A stretch of 64,000 nucleotides of DNA from an uncultured beta proteobacterium (GTDB lineage Bacteria > Pseudomonadota > Gammaproteobacteria > Burkholderiales > SG8-39), in the NCBI GenBank assembly GCA_963735025.1, contig CAVTJG010000009.1, forward strand, positions 744,122-808,121, given 5' to 3'. Both the position numbers and the translations under genes were made by a program. Of this stretch, positions 48,321 to 57,281 are shown piece by piece. Position 1 is the stretch's first letter. Each line of letters begins with the position of its first letter. The notes beneath the pieces were generated by a model, which did not search any database, was not told where the DNA came from, and was given only the letters and a program-made list of their open reading frames with translations.

Positions 48321-50102
48321 CTACCGCTTGTGCGCGCTTTGCGAGCCGCTCAGGTTGGTGTCGTATCCGGGGAGTACTCGCACGTCGACGACGCATACTG
48401 CACCGCCCTGCGCGAGGCGCACCCCGCGCTCGATCGCCGGTGCAAGCTCCTCGATACGCGCAACCGGGCCGATTCCTTCCGCGCCCTGCGCGCGCGCCAA
48501 CATTGCCAGATCGATGTCCGGCTCGTCGATGCGCTGGCCGATCCAGCGGTTCTCCACCGGGCGGCCACGCGCTTTTGCCACGCGTTCCTGGTGCAGCTCG
48601 TCATTGAAGAACGACCGGTTGTTCGCGACCAGGATCAGGCAGGGGAGCTGGTAGTGGGTCGCTGTCCAGAGCGCAGTGCATCCCATGAGAAAGTCGCCGT
48701 CGCCCATGATCGCGACGGGCAGGCGGCCGCTGCCCTTGAGCGCGAGCGCCGCGCCCACGGTAATACCCGGGCCAGCGCCCACGCCACCGCCGCCCTCCAG
48801 GCCGATGTAGTCCAGCGGGTGCCTGAAGTGCGCGTACTCGCCATTCCAGCCGAGCGGCAGTCGGGTGATGCAAACCTCCGTGCGCCGGGTGGCCGCATCG
48901 AGCGCTTCCGCCAGCGCGCGGATTGAAACGACTTCGGAGGCGGAGGGCGCGATCTTCGTCTTGCGCTGCGGCTTGTCGGCCTTGCGCGGCTTCACCGCCC
49001 CGAGCAAGGCGGGCACTGCGGCGTCGGCCTCGCACATGAGGTAGACATCCGCGGGCGGCAATCCCTGGTAATCCATGCTCCAGCCGCGATGGACGTGGGC
49101 GTCGGGCGACACGCGGATGATCTTCGCGCCGATGGGCGCGTCGCCCCATGCCTGCTTGAGCGTGCCGGCGAGATCCGTCCAGTCGAGCGCAACCACTACG
49201 TCCGCGTCGCGCAGCACTTTGGCGGCCGCCGGATTCAGAAAGACGCCGGGCGGCGCGGCATGCAACGGATGATCGGTCGGAAACGCGGCTGCCATCTTGA
49301 GGTCCGTGAGTACTTTGGCCTGGAGCTTCTCGGCGAGCGCCACCCGTTGCCTCCAGGCGTCCTCGCTCCGCGACGCGCGGCCGGCGAGAATGACCGCGTT
49401 CCTGGACTTGGCGAGCAGGAGCGCGGCCGCGTCGACCAGATGCGACGCTGGCATCACCGGGTCGGGGGCGCGATACCGCCCGGCGTCCGGAAACGGCGGT
49501 AGCGCATCGAGCGCCATCTCTTGCAGCGCGGCATCGAGGTTCACATAGGTCGGCCCGCGCGGCGCCGTGTCCGCGATCTGCACGGCGCGCAACAGCGCCT
49601 CGTAGGCAGCGGGAACCGAGGCGGGCTGGTTGTCCCATTTCGTGTAGTCGCGCACGAGGGCACCCTGATCGGATACCGTATGGATCCAGTCGATCCAGGG
49701 GCGCCGCCGCGCCGCATCCCACGGCCCCGTCGCACCCAGAACGAGCATCGGCACGCGGTCGCACCACGCGTTGAAGATGGACATGGAGGCGTGCATCAAC
49801 CCGACGTTCGAGTGCAGCACCACGCCCATCATCCGGTCGGCGACCTTCGCGTAGCCCTGTGCGATGGAGACTGCGCTTTCCTCGTGCAGACACAGCAACA
49901 TCTGCGGCTGCGTGTTGCCGAGATGGTTGACGATACTGTCGTGGAGGCCGCGGTAGCTCGCGCCGGGATTGAGCGCGAGATAGGGAATATCGAGCGCGCG
50001 GAGCGCTACGGCAATCGCGTCGCTGCCCCACACGCTGTCGCTGACCGGCGTGGGTTCAGGCCGGTCATGGCGGGGCCGGTTTGCGGATTTTTCTCGTTTC
50101 AT
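48321..50102 (-). CDS. thiamine diphosphate-dependent enzyme (acetolactate synthase large-subunit-like)
   Basis: ORF 48321..50150, with the likely start at ATG 50102 (SD GAGGA). It has the N-terminal Pyr domain (LCLHEESAVSIAQGYA) and the C-terminal ThDP motif (GDGDFLM...NN). Confidence 0.85.
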   Translation of the reverse strand: MKREKSANRPRHDRPEPTPVSDSVWGSDAIAVALRALDIPYLALNPGASYRGLHDSIVNHLGNTQPQMLLCLHEESAVSIAQGYAKVADRMMGVVLHSNVGLMHASMSIFNAWCDRVPMLVLGATGPWDAARRRPWIDWIHTVSDQGALVRDYTKWDNQPASVPAAYEALLRAVQIADTAPRGPTYVNLDAALQEMALDALPPFPDAGRYRAPDPVMPASHLVDAAALLLAKSRNAVILAGRASRSEDAWRQRVALAEKLQAKVLTDLKMAAAFPTDHPLHAAPPGVFLNPAAAKVLRDADVVVALDWTDLAGTLKQAWGDAPIGAKIIRVSPDAHVHRGWSMDYQGLPPADVYLMCEADAAVPALLGAVKPRKADKPQRKTKIAPSASEVVSIRALAEALDAATRRTEVCITRLPLGWNGEYAHFRHPLDYIGLEGGGGVGAGPGITVGAALALKGSGRLPVAIMGDGDFLMGCTALWTATHYQLPCLILVANNRSFFNDELHQERVAKARGRPVENRWIGQRIDEPDIDLAMLARAQGAEGIGPVARIEELAPAIERGVRLAQGGAVCVVDVRVLPGYDTNLSGSQSAHKR

Positions 50103-50274
50103 GACGGATCCTCGCCGCGCGAATCTACGCTCGTCGCGTGGAATGGGCAATCGCCGCGCGCATCGCGCAAAATGCTCGCACCTTCAACGCTTGGCGGCGC
50201 TCGCCCGGGACGGTACAGTGGGGCCCGTCTTTGCCGAGATCGTTCATTCGGGCCGCCATGCAAACCGAGAACCT

Positions 50275-50691
50275 ATGACGCCGTCACGCCTCGAGATAGT
50301 CGTCGATTTCGCCGACTGCGATCCCGCGCGGATCGTCTTCTATCCCCGGTATTTCGACTGGTTCGATCGTGCGACCGAGCGGATGTTTCGGGAGCGAGGA
50401 CTACCATGGCCGGAGATGTATCCGCAGTACAAGATGGCGGGCGTGCCACTGGTCGACGCATCGGCGAAATTCATGGGCCCCGCACGCTTCGGCGACGCCA
50501 TCACGTTCGAGACCTGGGTCGGCGAGTGGCGCAACAAGGTGTTCATCGTCGAGCACCGGGTGCACAACAACGGCCGGATCATCGTCGAGGGACAGGAAGT
50601 GCGGGTGTGGGGGCTGCGCGACCCGAACGATCCTGAAGGCATGCGGGCGGGTGTCATTCCACCCGAGATCATCGCCCGGTTCAACGATTGA
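50275..50691 (+). CDS. acyl-CoA thioesterase (4HBT/YbgC-like hot-dog fold)
   Basis: Start at ATG 50275. The sequence includes VDFADCDPARIVFYPRYFDWFDRATE, with the catalytic Asp context. Confidence 0.8.
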   Translation: MTPSRLEIVVDFADCDPARIVFYPRYFDWFDRATERMFRERGLPWPEMYPQYKMAGVPLVDASAKFMGPARFGDAITFETWVGEWRNKVFIVEHRVHNNGRIIVEGQEVRVWGLRDPNDPEGMRAGVIPPEIIARFND

Positions 50692-50711
50692 GAGATACGA
50701 GGGAGCGTGAA

Positions 50712-51398
50712 ATGGAAAGCGTGTGGAAAACGAGACTGCCGCGCATCGGCGAGCTGGCACCCGACTTCACGGCGAAGACGACGCATGGCACGCGGTCGCT
50801 GGAGGACTATCGGGGCAAGTGGCTGGTGCTGTTCTCCCATCCCGCGGATTTCACGCCGGTCTGCACCACCGAGTTCATCGCCTTCGCGCGCAACCACGCG
50901 CGGTTCCGCGCGCTCAACTGCGAGCTCCTCGGCCTGTCGGTCGACAGCAACTATGCGCACATCGCGTGGGTCCGGAACATCAAGGAGAAGTTCGGCGTCG
51001 ACGTCCCGTTTCCGATCATCGAGGATCTCTCGATGCAGGTGGCGCACGACTACGGAATGATCCAGCCCGGGGCGAGCGACACCTCGACCGTGCGCGCAAC
51101 CTTCTTCATCGACCCCGAGAGCAAGATCCGCGCGCTCGTGTATTACCCGATGACGAACGGCCGCTCCGTCGAGGAGTTTCTCCGCTTGCTCGAGGCGTTG
51201 CAGACGAGCGACAAGCACGCGGTCGCGACGCCGGAAGGGTGGAAGCCGGGCGAGAAGGTGATCGTCCCGACACCCGCGACGACCACCGACGCGGACGCGC
51301 GCGTCAAGGCGGGCTATGAGACAACCGACTGGTACTTCTCGAAGACCGACCTGAAGAGCGCCCCGAAGAAGGCCGCGCCGAAGCGCGCGAAGCGTTAG
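50712..51398 (+). CDS. peroxiredoxin (1-Cys/Prx6-type)
   Basis: Start at ATG 50712 (SD GAGGGAG). It has the peroxidatic Cys motif (FSHPADFTPVCTTE) and a Lys-rich tail. Confidence 0.92.
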   Translation: MESVWKTRLPRIGELAPDFTAKTTHGTRSLEDYRGKWLVLFSHPADFTPVCTTEFIAFARNHARFRALNCELLGLSVDSNYAHIAWVRNIKEKFGVDVPFPIIEDLSMQVAHDYGMIQPGASDTSTVRATFFIDPESKIRALVYYPMTNGRSVEEFLRLLEALQTSDKHAVATPEGWKPGEKVIVPTPATTTDADARVKAGYETTDWYFSKTDLKSAPKKAAPKRAKR

Positions 51399-51405
51399 AT
51401 TTACG

Positions 51406-52002
51406 TCACTTCAGCGCGTTTGTGGTCCAGCCGATCAACCGGTCGATTGCCGAATCTGCGGCCAGCGCGAGCGCGCGCGCGCCGCCCGCGGCGTCGGCGC
51501 TCGTGGCCGGCTGATCGGTGCTGAAGGTCGTCTGTGCGACGAGGCGACCGTTCTCGACGAGCATCGCGCGCACGCGGACGAGCGCGTGACTGCGATCGGG
51601 CGCATCGAATACCTGGCTGAACTCGAGCAGCTCGACGCGCAGGGTCACTGCGGTGCGCACGCCGTCGGCCGGCGCGACCACGCCGTCGCGGGTCGTGGCG
51701 ACGAGCTGCTGTCGGAGCTGAGCGGTGAAGAGCTCCGCGGGCGGCGCGACCCAGCGGCTCTCGACGTAGGACCGCGGCTGCGACGCATCGCGATAGGCGA
51801 GGCGGTAGACGAGCGCCGGCGAGGCGATCCATGCGGGTGCGGTCACAGTTGCAACCGTGATTGCGCGTTGCAGGCGCGGCGACTCTTCGCGAGTCGCGGC
51901 GCCCGGGCCGAAGTCGTACTCGGCCGGCGAATGCGGCGTGTTGTTGGCGCACGCGGTCAGCGTGAGCGCGGCAATAACAATTGCGAGTTTGCGCATGGTC
52001 AT
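51406..52002 (-). CDS. ABC-type transport auxiliary lipoprotein (DUF330-like) of the MCE system
   Basis: 198-aa ORF with a lipobox (AALTLTAC). Its start overlaps the stop of the MCE gene. Confidence 0.75.
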   Translation of the reverse strand: MTMRKLAIVIAALTLTACANNTPHSPAEYDFGPGAATREESPRLQRAITVATVTAPAWIASPALVYRLAYRDASQPRSYVESRWVAPPAELFTAQLRQQLVATTRDGVVAPADGVRTAVTLRVELLEFSQVFDAPDRSHALVRVRAMLVENGRLVAQTTFSTDQPATSADAAGGARALALAADSAIDRLIGWTTNALK

Positions 52003-52955
52003 CGCCCGGCCTCGAAGCCCGCCTCACCGGGGCCGGGGCGCCGCGGCGGCAGGCCGAACACGAGGCTGTCGGGCTGGTCGGCGAGCCCGGTCAGCACCCT
52101 GTCAAGCACGCGCACTTCGTGCCGCAAGTCATCAGCCAGCACGTTCAGGCGCGGCAAGGTGTCGTCGCTGAGCGCGCGCGCCGTGGCACCGACGTCGGCG
52201 GCGTTGTCGCCAACCTGGCCGAGCGCCGGTGCACGCTCCTCGTACTTGGCGGCCAGCTGGGTCATCGAATCGACCATGATCTCCGCGCGCTTCACCGCGC
52301 CCCTGGCCTCGTTCACCGCCGCGCGCACATCGTTCACTGTGACATGCGTGTCCGCAATCAGCGGCGCGAGTGAGGCCGCGGCCGGCTCCAGGCTCGCAGC
52401 GAGCTTCGTTGCCTGCGCAGAGGCGGCGTCGATCCGATCCAGCATGCCGATGAGTACCTTCTGGTTCTCGTCGTTGAGCAGTTTTTTCATGCGGTCGGCC
52501 ACCTCGCCGAGCGCCGCAACGATCCCTTCGGCCGCGTCGAACAGGGATGGCCGCATCGGAATGCTCGCCGGCAACTCGGCCGAGGTCGCGAGCCGCTCGC
52601 GGGCCGAGCCGTCGTCGTCGAGCTGCACGAACGAGAGTCCGGTGACACCCTGGAAGCCGAGCTGCGCGTAGGTGCCGCGAGTGATGGGCGCCTCGGGATC
52701 GACCGTGATGCCGACCACCACACGGCCGGGCTCGGCCGGGTCGAAACGGATGGTCTCGACTTTCCCGACGTCGACGCCGCGAAAGCGCACCGGCGCCTCG
52801 ACCTTGAGCCCCGAGACCGCGCGCGTCGTCGTCACGATGTACGGTGCACCGCCGACCTGCTCGTCACGGTTGAGCCAGAGCACGCCGGCGACGAGCGCGA
52901 TGCTGAGGAGCAGTACGAACGTACCGGCGGCCAGCGCATAGGCTCTATTTTCCAT
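51999..52955 (-). CDS. MCE-domain (MlaD-like) substrate-binding protein
   Basis: 318-aa ORF with an N-terminal TM anchor and an MCE domain (VSGLKVEAPVRFRGVDVGKVETI). Confidence 0.85.
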   Translation of the reverse strand: MENRAYALAAGTFVLLLSIALVAGVLWLNRDEQVGGAPYIVTTTRAVSGLKVEAPVRFRGVDVGKVETIRFDPAEPGRVVVGITVDPEAPITRGTYAQLGFQGVTGLSFVQLDDDGSARERLATSAELPASIPMRPSLFDAAEGIVAALGEVADRMKKLLNDENQKVLIGMLDRIDAASAQATKLAASLEPAAASLAPLIADTHVTVNDVRAAVNEARGAVKRAEIMVDSMTQLAAKYEERAPALGQVGDNAADVGATARALSDDTLPRLNVLADDLRHEVRVLDRVLTGLADQPDSLVFGLPPRRPGPGEAGFEAGR

Positions 52956-52972
52956 TTAATTCTCCCGATTGC

Positions 52973-53848
52973 TCAGTTGCCGGCGATGGCCGCAGGCTCG
53001 AGCGCGCTCAATGCGCGCTGGCCGCGGTCGCCACCGAAGAAGTTCCGGATGAAAGGATGGTCGACGCTTACCACCTCCGACACCGAACCGATCGTGAGCA
53101 TCTCGCCCATGTACAGTACTGCAACGCGATCGGCGAGCGAGACCAGCGTGTCGAGGTCGTGCGTGACCATGACGACCGTGAGCCCCAGCCGGTCGCGCAG
53201 GGATGCAAGCAGGCTCACGAAGCTTTCGCTGCGGTCCGGGTCGAGTCCCGCGGTCGGTTCGTCCAGGAACAGGAGCTCGGGTTCGAGCACGAGCGCGCGC
53301 GCGAGGGCGATGCGCTTGACCATGCCTCCCGAGAGCTCGGACGGCATCCGGTCGGCGTGGCGCCGTTCGATATCGACCATGTCGAGCTTGAGCAGCACCA
53401 GGTCGCGAATGAAGTCTTCGTCGAACGCGCGCAGCTCGCGCAAAGGGAGGGCGAGATTATCGTAGACTGGCAGCGCGCTGTATAGCGCGCCTTCCTGGAA
53501 CAGCACTCCCCAGCGCTTGCGGATCTTCGCGCGGATCGCCGCCGGCGCTCGCCGCAGGTCGAACCCGAAAACCTCCACGCTGCCGCGGCTCGGACGCTCG
53601 AGCCCGACCATTTGCCGGAGGAGTGTCGTCTTGCCACTGCCCGACCCGCCGACGAGCGCAAGGATTTCGCCGGCATCGAGCGTGAGGTCGATGCCCCGGT
53701 GGACGACGTGGCCGCTGAACTCGGTCCAGAGTCCCTTGACGGCGAGGACGGGTCGTTCCGGCGTCCGTGGCGGCAGACGCACAGGGGCCCTCCTGGATGT
53801 CCTTGATCCGGAGGCCTGCCGAGGAGGTGCCATCGTCTTGTCGGTCAC
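52973..53848 (-). CDS. ABC transporter ATP-binding protein (MlaF-like)
   Basis: 291-aa ORF with Walker A (GGSGSGKTT), the signature LSGGMVKR and Walker B (LLFLDEPT). Confidence 0.88.
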   Translation of the reverse strand: MTDKTMAPPRQASGSRTSRRAPVRLPPRTPERPVLAVKGLWTEFSGHVVHRGIDLTLDAGEILALVGGSGSGKTTLLRQMVGLERPSRGSVEVFGFDLRRAPAAIRAKIRKRWGVLFQEGALYSALPVYDNLALPLRELRAFDEDFIRDLVLLKLDMVDIERRHADRMPSELSGGMVKRIALARALVLEPELLFLDEPTAGLDPDRSESFVSLLASLRDRLGLTVVMVTHDLDTLVSLADRVAVLYMGEMLTIGSVSEVVSVDHPFIRNFFGGDRGQRALSALEPAAIAGN

Positions 53849-53852
53849 GTCG

Positions 53853-54998
53853 TCAGCTTCGGAGCTCGAGGCCGATGTGGGAGAACGCGACCGCGAACAG
53901 CGAGTCGACGATGAGCACGATCGTGATGGCGGTCACCACCGACTGGGTGGTGCCGGCGCCAAGACTCTCGGTGTTCGGTCGGATTCGCAGGCCGAAGTGG
54001 CAGGCGGTCAGCGCGATCAGCGCGCCGAACACCGCTCCCTTTCCGAGCCCGAGCCAGAGGTTCGAAGTTGGCACCGCGACCGGAAGTGTTTGCATGAAAA
54101 GCGTAAAGCTGATGTCGAGCTCGAGTCGCGCCGCGAGCATCGCGCCGACGAGGGCGATCGCGCTGGTCCAAACGACCAGGAGCGGCACCGCGATCGTGAG
54201 TCCCACGACCTTCGGCAGAATCAGCCGGATGCCGGCGGGAATTCCCATCACGTTGAGCGCGTCGAGCTCTTCGGTCACCCTCATCACACCGAGCTGCGCC
54301 GTGATTGCCGAGCCCGACCGCCCGGCAACGAGGATCGCAGCGAGTACCGGCCCGAGCTCGCGGATGATACCGATGCCGACGATGTTGATGACGTAGATCC
54401 CGGCGCCGAAAGTCCGCAGCTGTTCTGCGGAGAGATAGCTCAGCACGATTCCGATGAGGAAGCCGACGAGCGCGGTGATGGGGAGTGCCTGCGCTCCTGC
54501 CCGGTGGAGCGTCGCCGACATCTCGCGCCAGGGGCCGCGCGACAGATTGGCGATCACCCATGCGCCGTCGAGCGCGACCTGGCCGGCGAGGCGGACGATA
54601 CCGGCGAGATGACTCCCGACGGTGATCATGCGTCGCCCGAGCGCCGCAAGCGGATCGAGCAGCGAGCGCCGCAGCACGGTGCGCTCGCCTTCGTCGGCAT
54701 GGGCGAGGTTCTCGAAGAAAAGCTCCTGCTCGGGTTCTATCCGGAGTTGTGCGGGGCGCTTTCGCTCCCACGCGCGCCAGAGGAGCAGCGCGCCGACGTA
54801 GTCCAGGCGCTCGATACCGGTCAGGTCCCAGGCGTCGCGCGCGGCGAATCGCGCGAGCTCGCCGCCCAGCGCGCTTGCGCGGGTTTCGAGCGCGCGAATG
54901 TCCCACGCTCCACCGACCCGGATGGTGCGCGTGCCGTCCGCGCTCAGCTCGGCGTCGATCTCGGGATCGCGGATCCGCTTGGGCGCAGGCTCGGCCAT
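53853..54998 (-). CDS. MlaE-family ABC permease with an N-terminal STAS-like domain
   Basis: ORF 53853..55106, with the likely start at ATG 54998. A roughly 110-aa soluble N-terminal region (TIRVGGAWDIRALE...WDLTGIERLDYVGALLL) is followed by the MlaE core (VGIGIIRELGPVLAAILVAGRSGSA). Confidence 0.85.
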   Translation of the reverse strand: MAEPAPKRIRDPEIDAELSADGTRTIRVGGAWDIRALETRASALGGELARFAARDAWDLTGIERLDYVGALLLWRAWERKRPAQLRIEPEQELFFENLAHADEGERTVLRRSLLDPLAALGRRMITVGSHLAGIVRLAGQVALDGAWVIANLSRGPWREMSATLHRAGAQALPITALVGFLIGIVLSYLSAEQLRTFGAGIYVINIVGIGIIRELGPVLAAILVAGRSGSAITAQLGVMRVTEELDALNVMGIPAGIRLILPKVVGLTIAVPLLVVWTSAIALVGAMLAARLELDISFTLFMQTLPVAVPTSNLWLGLGKGAVFGALIALTACHFGLRIRPNTESLGAGTTQSVVTAITIVLIVDSLFAVAFSHIGLELRS

Positions 54999-55084
54999 CG
55001 AACATTGCCCGGCGTGCGTTGCCGCTGCGCCGGTTTCCTCCCCTGTTGTTGCACGAAGCGAAGGGCCACACCCCCTCGCGCTCC

Positions 55085-55121
55085 CCAAAATCAGGAGAAC
55101 TGCCAAACAACGGCAGTTCTC
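55085..55121 (-). terminator. putative rho-independent terminator after the ClpX-like gene
   Basis: A perfect 10-bp stem (gagaactgcc, 55095-55104 / ggcagttctc, 55112-55121) is followed on the minus strand by CTGATTTT. Confidence 0.45.
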
Positions 55122-55205
55122 TCTCTGGCTGTTCAGGCTGAGGCTAGCAAATTAATGCCGCCTCGGCCATTGTGGAAAATCCGGCGGATGTGCCTGCGAC
55201 GGCGT

Positions 55206-56216
55206 TCAACCCGCGCGTGGGCCGTGAACCATGCGCGGCTCGACGAACAGGGACGCGATCTCGACTTTCCGGATCGTGGGGTCGTCGGGGACCTGGTACA
55301 GGACCGGGGTGATCAGCTCCTCGAAGAGCCCGCGCAGGCTGCGGGCCCCGGTCTTGTACTCGATCGCCAGGTCGGCGATCTGCTCGAAGACGTCGCGATC
55401 GACCGTCAGCTCGACGCCCTCGTCCGCGAAGATATCCCGAAACTGGGAGTACATGGCGTCGGCGGGCTCGGTCATGATGCGCACCAGCATGTCCCGGGTG
55501 AGATCCTGGAAACGCGCCGTGATCGGCAGCCGCCCGGTGAACTCGGGGATGAGCCCGAACTCGATCAGGTCGGTTGGCTTGACGCGCGCGTTGAGGCGAT
55601 CGAGGACGGCGGGATTGTCCTCGCCCGATGTGGAGATGTAGCCGTATGTATGGCTGTGCGAGGCGATCTTCTCCAGTCCGACGAAGGCACCGCCGCAGAT
55701 GAACAGGATGTTCGTGGTATCGAGGTACTGGCCGGTGCCCAGCTTGACCATGCAGCCTTCCATGATCTTCAGGAGCGCGTGCTGCACGCTCTCTCCCGAG
55801 ATGCCCTGAGGCTGTCCCTTCGTCCCCTTGAGCTTGTCGATCTCGTCGATGAAGACGATGCCGTTCTGGGCGCGATCGATGTCGCCGTCCGCGCCGTCGA
55901 CGAGGCGCTGCAGGATCGCCTCGATCTCGTCGTTGACATACCGGCTCTGCGCAAGCGAGGTGGCCTCCGCCGTCACGAACGGCACACGCAGCGCCCGCGA
56001 CAGCGTCTCGCACATCAAGGTCTTGCCCGTTCCGGTGGGCCCGATCAGGAGGACGTTGCTCTTGGCAATCGGTGCGGCGCCGCGGCGCGAGCGCGCGATC
56101 TTCTTCACGTGCGTGTACACGGCGACGGCCAGCGTCCGCTTGGCGTCGTCCTGTCCGATCACGTACTGATCGAGGTACTTCACGATGAGGCTCGGCTTGT
56201 TCACGGCTTCTGGCAC
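55206..56216 (-). CDS. ClpX-like AAA+ ATPase lacking the zinc-binding domain
   Basis: ORF 55206..56336. The start is uncertain (GTG 56216 or 56204; neither these nor ATG 56336 has an obvious SD). It is collinear with ClpX from YLDQYVIGQDDAKRTLAVAVY. It has Walker A (GPTGTGKT), Walker B (IVFIDEIDK), LIPEFTGRLP and TGARSLR. Confidence 0.8.
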   Translation of the reverse strand: MPEAVNKPSLIVKYLDQYVIGQDDAKRTLAVAVYTHVKKIARSRRGAAPIAKSNVLLIGPTGTGKTLMCETLSRALRVPFVTAEATSLAQSRYVNDEIEAILQRLVDGADGDIDRAQNGIVFIDEIDKLKGTKGQPQGISGESVQHALLKIMEGCMVKLGTGQYLDTTNILFICGGAFVGLEKIASHSHTYGYISTSGEDNPAVLDRLNARVKPTDLIEFGLIPEFTGRLPITARFQDLTRDMLVRIMTEPADAMYSQFRDIFADEGVELTVDRDVFEQIADLAIEYKTGARSLRGLFEELITPVLYQVPDDPTIRKVEIASLFVEPRMVHGPRAG

Positions 56217-56455
56217 GGCGGGGTTCCGGAGGTGACGATCTCCAACAATAGCGCTTCTGCGCCCATCCTGTTCCTTGTTCCCTGTTGGCGGCAAGGTTAA
56301 TCGGCTGGCACAGCGCGATTTGCATGTGCGGTGCATGCCGGGGATCGTTGGTGGTTGGGGACCGCGTTGCTATACTGGGTGCGTGAGTCGTCGAGTCACC
56401 GATGGCCGCGAATATTCGTTGCTGATGTTCTTCGAAAGTTTATTGGAGCTGATAG

Positions 56456-56734
56456 ATGGCGCGCATGGTCAAGTGCATCAAGCTCGGGCGCGAAGCCGAG
56501 GCGCTCGACTTCCCGCCACTCCCCGGTGAGCTCGGCAAGCGGCTCTACGAGAACGTGTCGAAGGAATCTTGGAAGCAGTGGCTCGAGCACCAGAAGATGC
56601 TGGTGAACGAGAATCAGCTCAATCTCTCCGACAAGAAGGCGCGCGACTATCTCCTGAAGCAGACGGAGAATTATTTCTTCGGTACCGGCGCGGACGTTGC
56701 CGCGGGCTACGTCCCGCCGGGACAGAAAAAATAG
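56456..56734 (+). CDS. yggX: oxidative-damage protection / Fe(2+)-trafficking protein YggX
   Basis: 92-aa ORF: [52 protein letters not shown]. Confidence 0.9.
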   Translation: MARMVKCIKLGREAEALDFPPLPGELGKRLYENVSKESWKQWLEHQKMLVNENQLNLSDKKARDYLLKQTENYFFGTGADVAAGYVPPGQKK

Positions 56735-56807
56735 GCGTGCGCCACATTGAAGCGCGGAACCGGCACGTGCCGGCACGCCGTGCGATCCGTTTCCTGGCCA
56801 CAACATC

Positions 56808-57209
56808 ATGAGCAGTGATACGCCACAGCCGACCGACATCAAGCTGCATCAGAAGTCGCGGGTGCTGGAGCTCTCGTTCGCCGACGGTCAGACCTTCAAG
56901 TTGCCTTGCGAGTTTCTGCGCGTCTACTCGCCGTCGGCCGAAGTGCGCGGCCACGGCCCGGGACAGGAAGTACTCCAGGTCGGGAAGAGCGACGTGGAGA
57001 TCTCCCAGATCGAGCCGGTGGGCAGTTACGCAATCCAGCTCACATTCTCGGATGGCCACGACACCGGCATCTACTCGTGGGACCTGCTGTACGAGTACGG
57101 CCTGCACCAGGAGGAGATGTGGCGGAGCTACCTCAAGCGCCTGGAAGAGGCTGGCGCGAGTCGCGCCCCGGGCCCCGCACCTTACGCGCAGCGGCCGCAA
57201 TCGAAGTAG
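56808..57209 (+). CDS. DUF971 (gamma-butyrobetaine hydroxylase N-terminal-like) domain protein
   Basis: 133-aa ORF with LELSFADGQTFKLPCEFLRVYSPSAEVRGH ... VGSYAIQLTFSDGHDTGIYSWDLLYEYG, matching the DUF971 pattern. Confidence 0.85.
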   Translation: MSSDTPQPTDIKLHQKSRVLELSFADGQTFKLPCEFLRVYSPSAEVRGHGPGQEVLQVGKSDVEISQIEPVGSYAIQLTFSDGHDTGIYSWDLLYEYGLHQEEMWRSYLKRLEEAGASRAPGPAPYAQRPQSK

Positions 57210-57281
57210 CCGGGACGCGAGCCGCCAACCTTCGAGGCGTGCGGGCGCGATTCCCCGTCCCGGCGTTGCGAAAGAATCGAT

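Noticed and set aside
53517-56300. A 927-aa plus-strand ORF spanning the MlaF/MlaE/ClpX-like region.
   Set aside because: It is antisense to three minus-strand genes with clear family motifs. Its translation is Arg/Ala/Gly/Pro-rich low-complexity sequence, typical of out-of-frame or antisense reading in GC-rich DNA. No recognisable domain is present.
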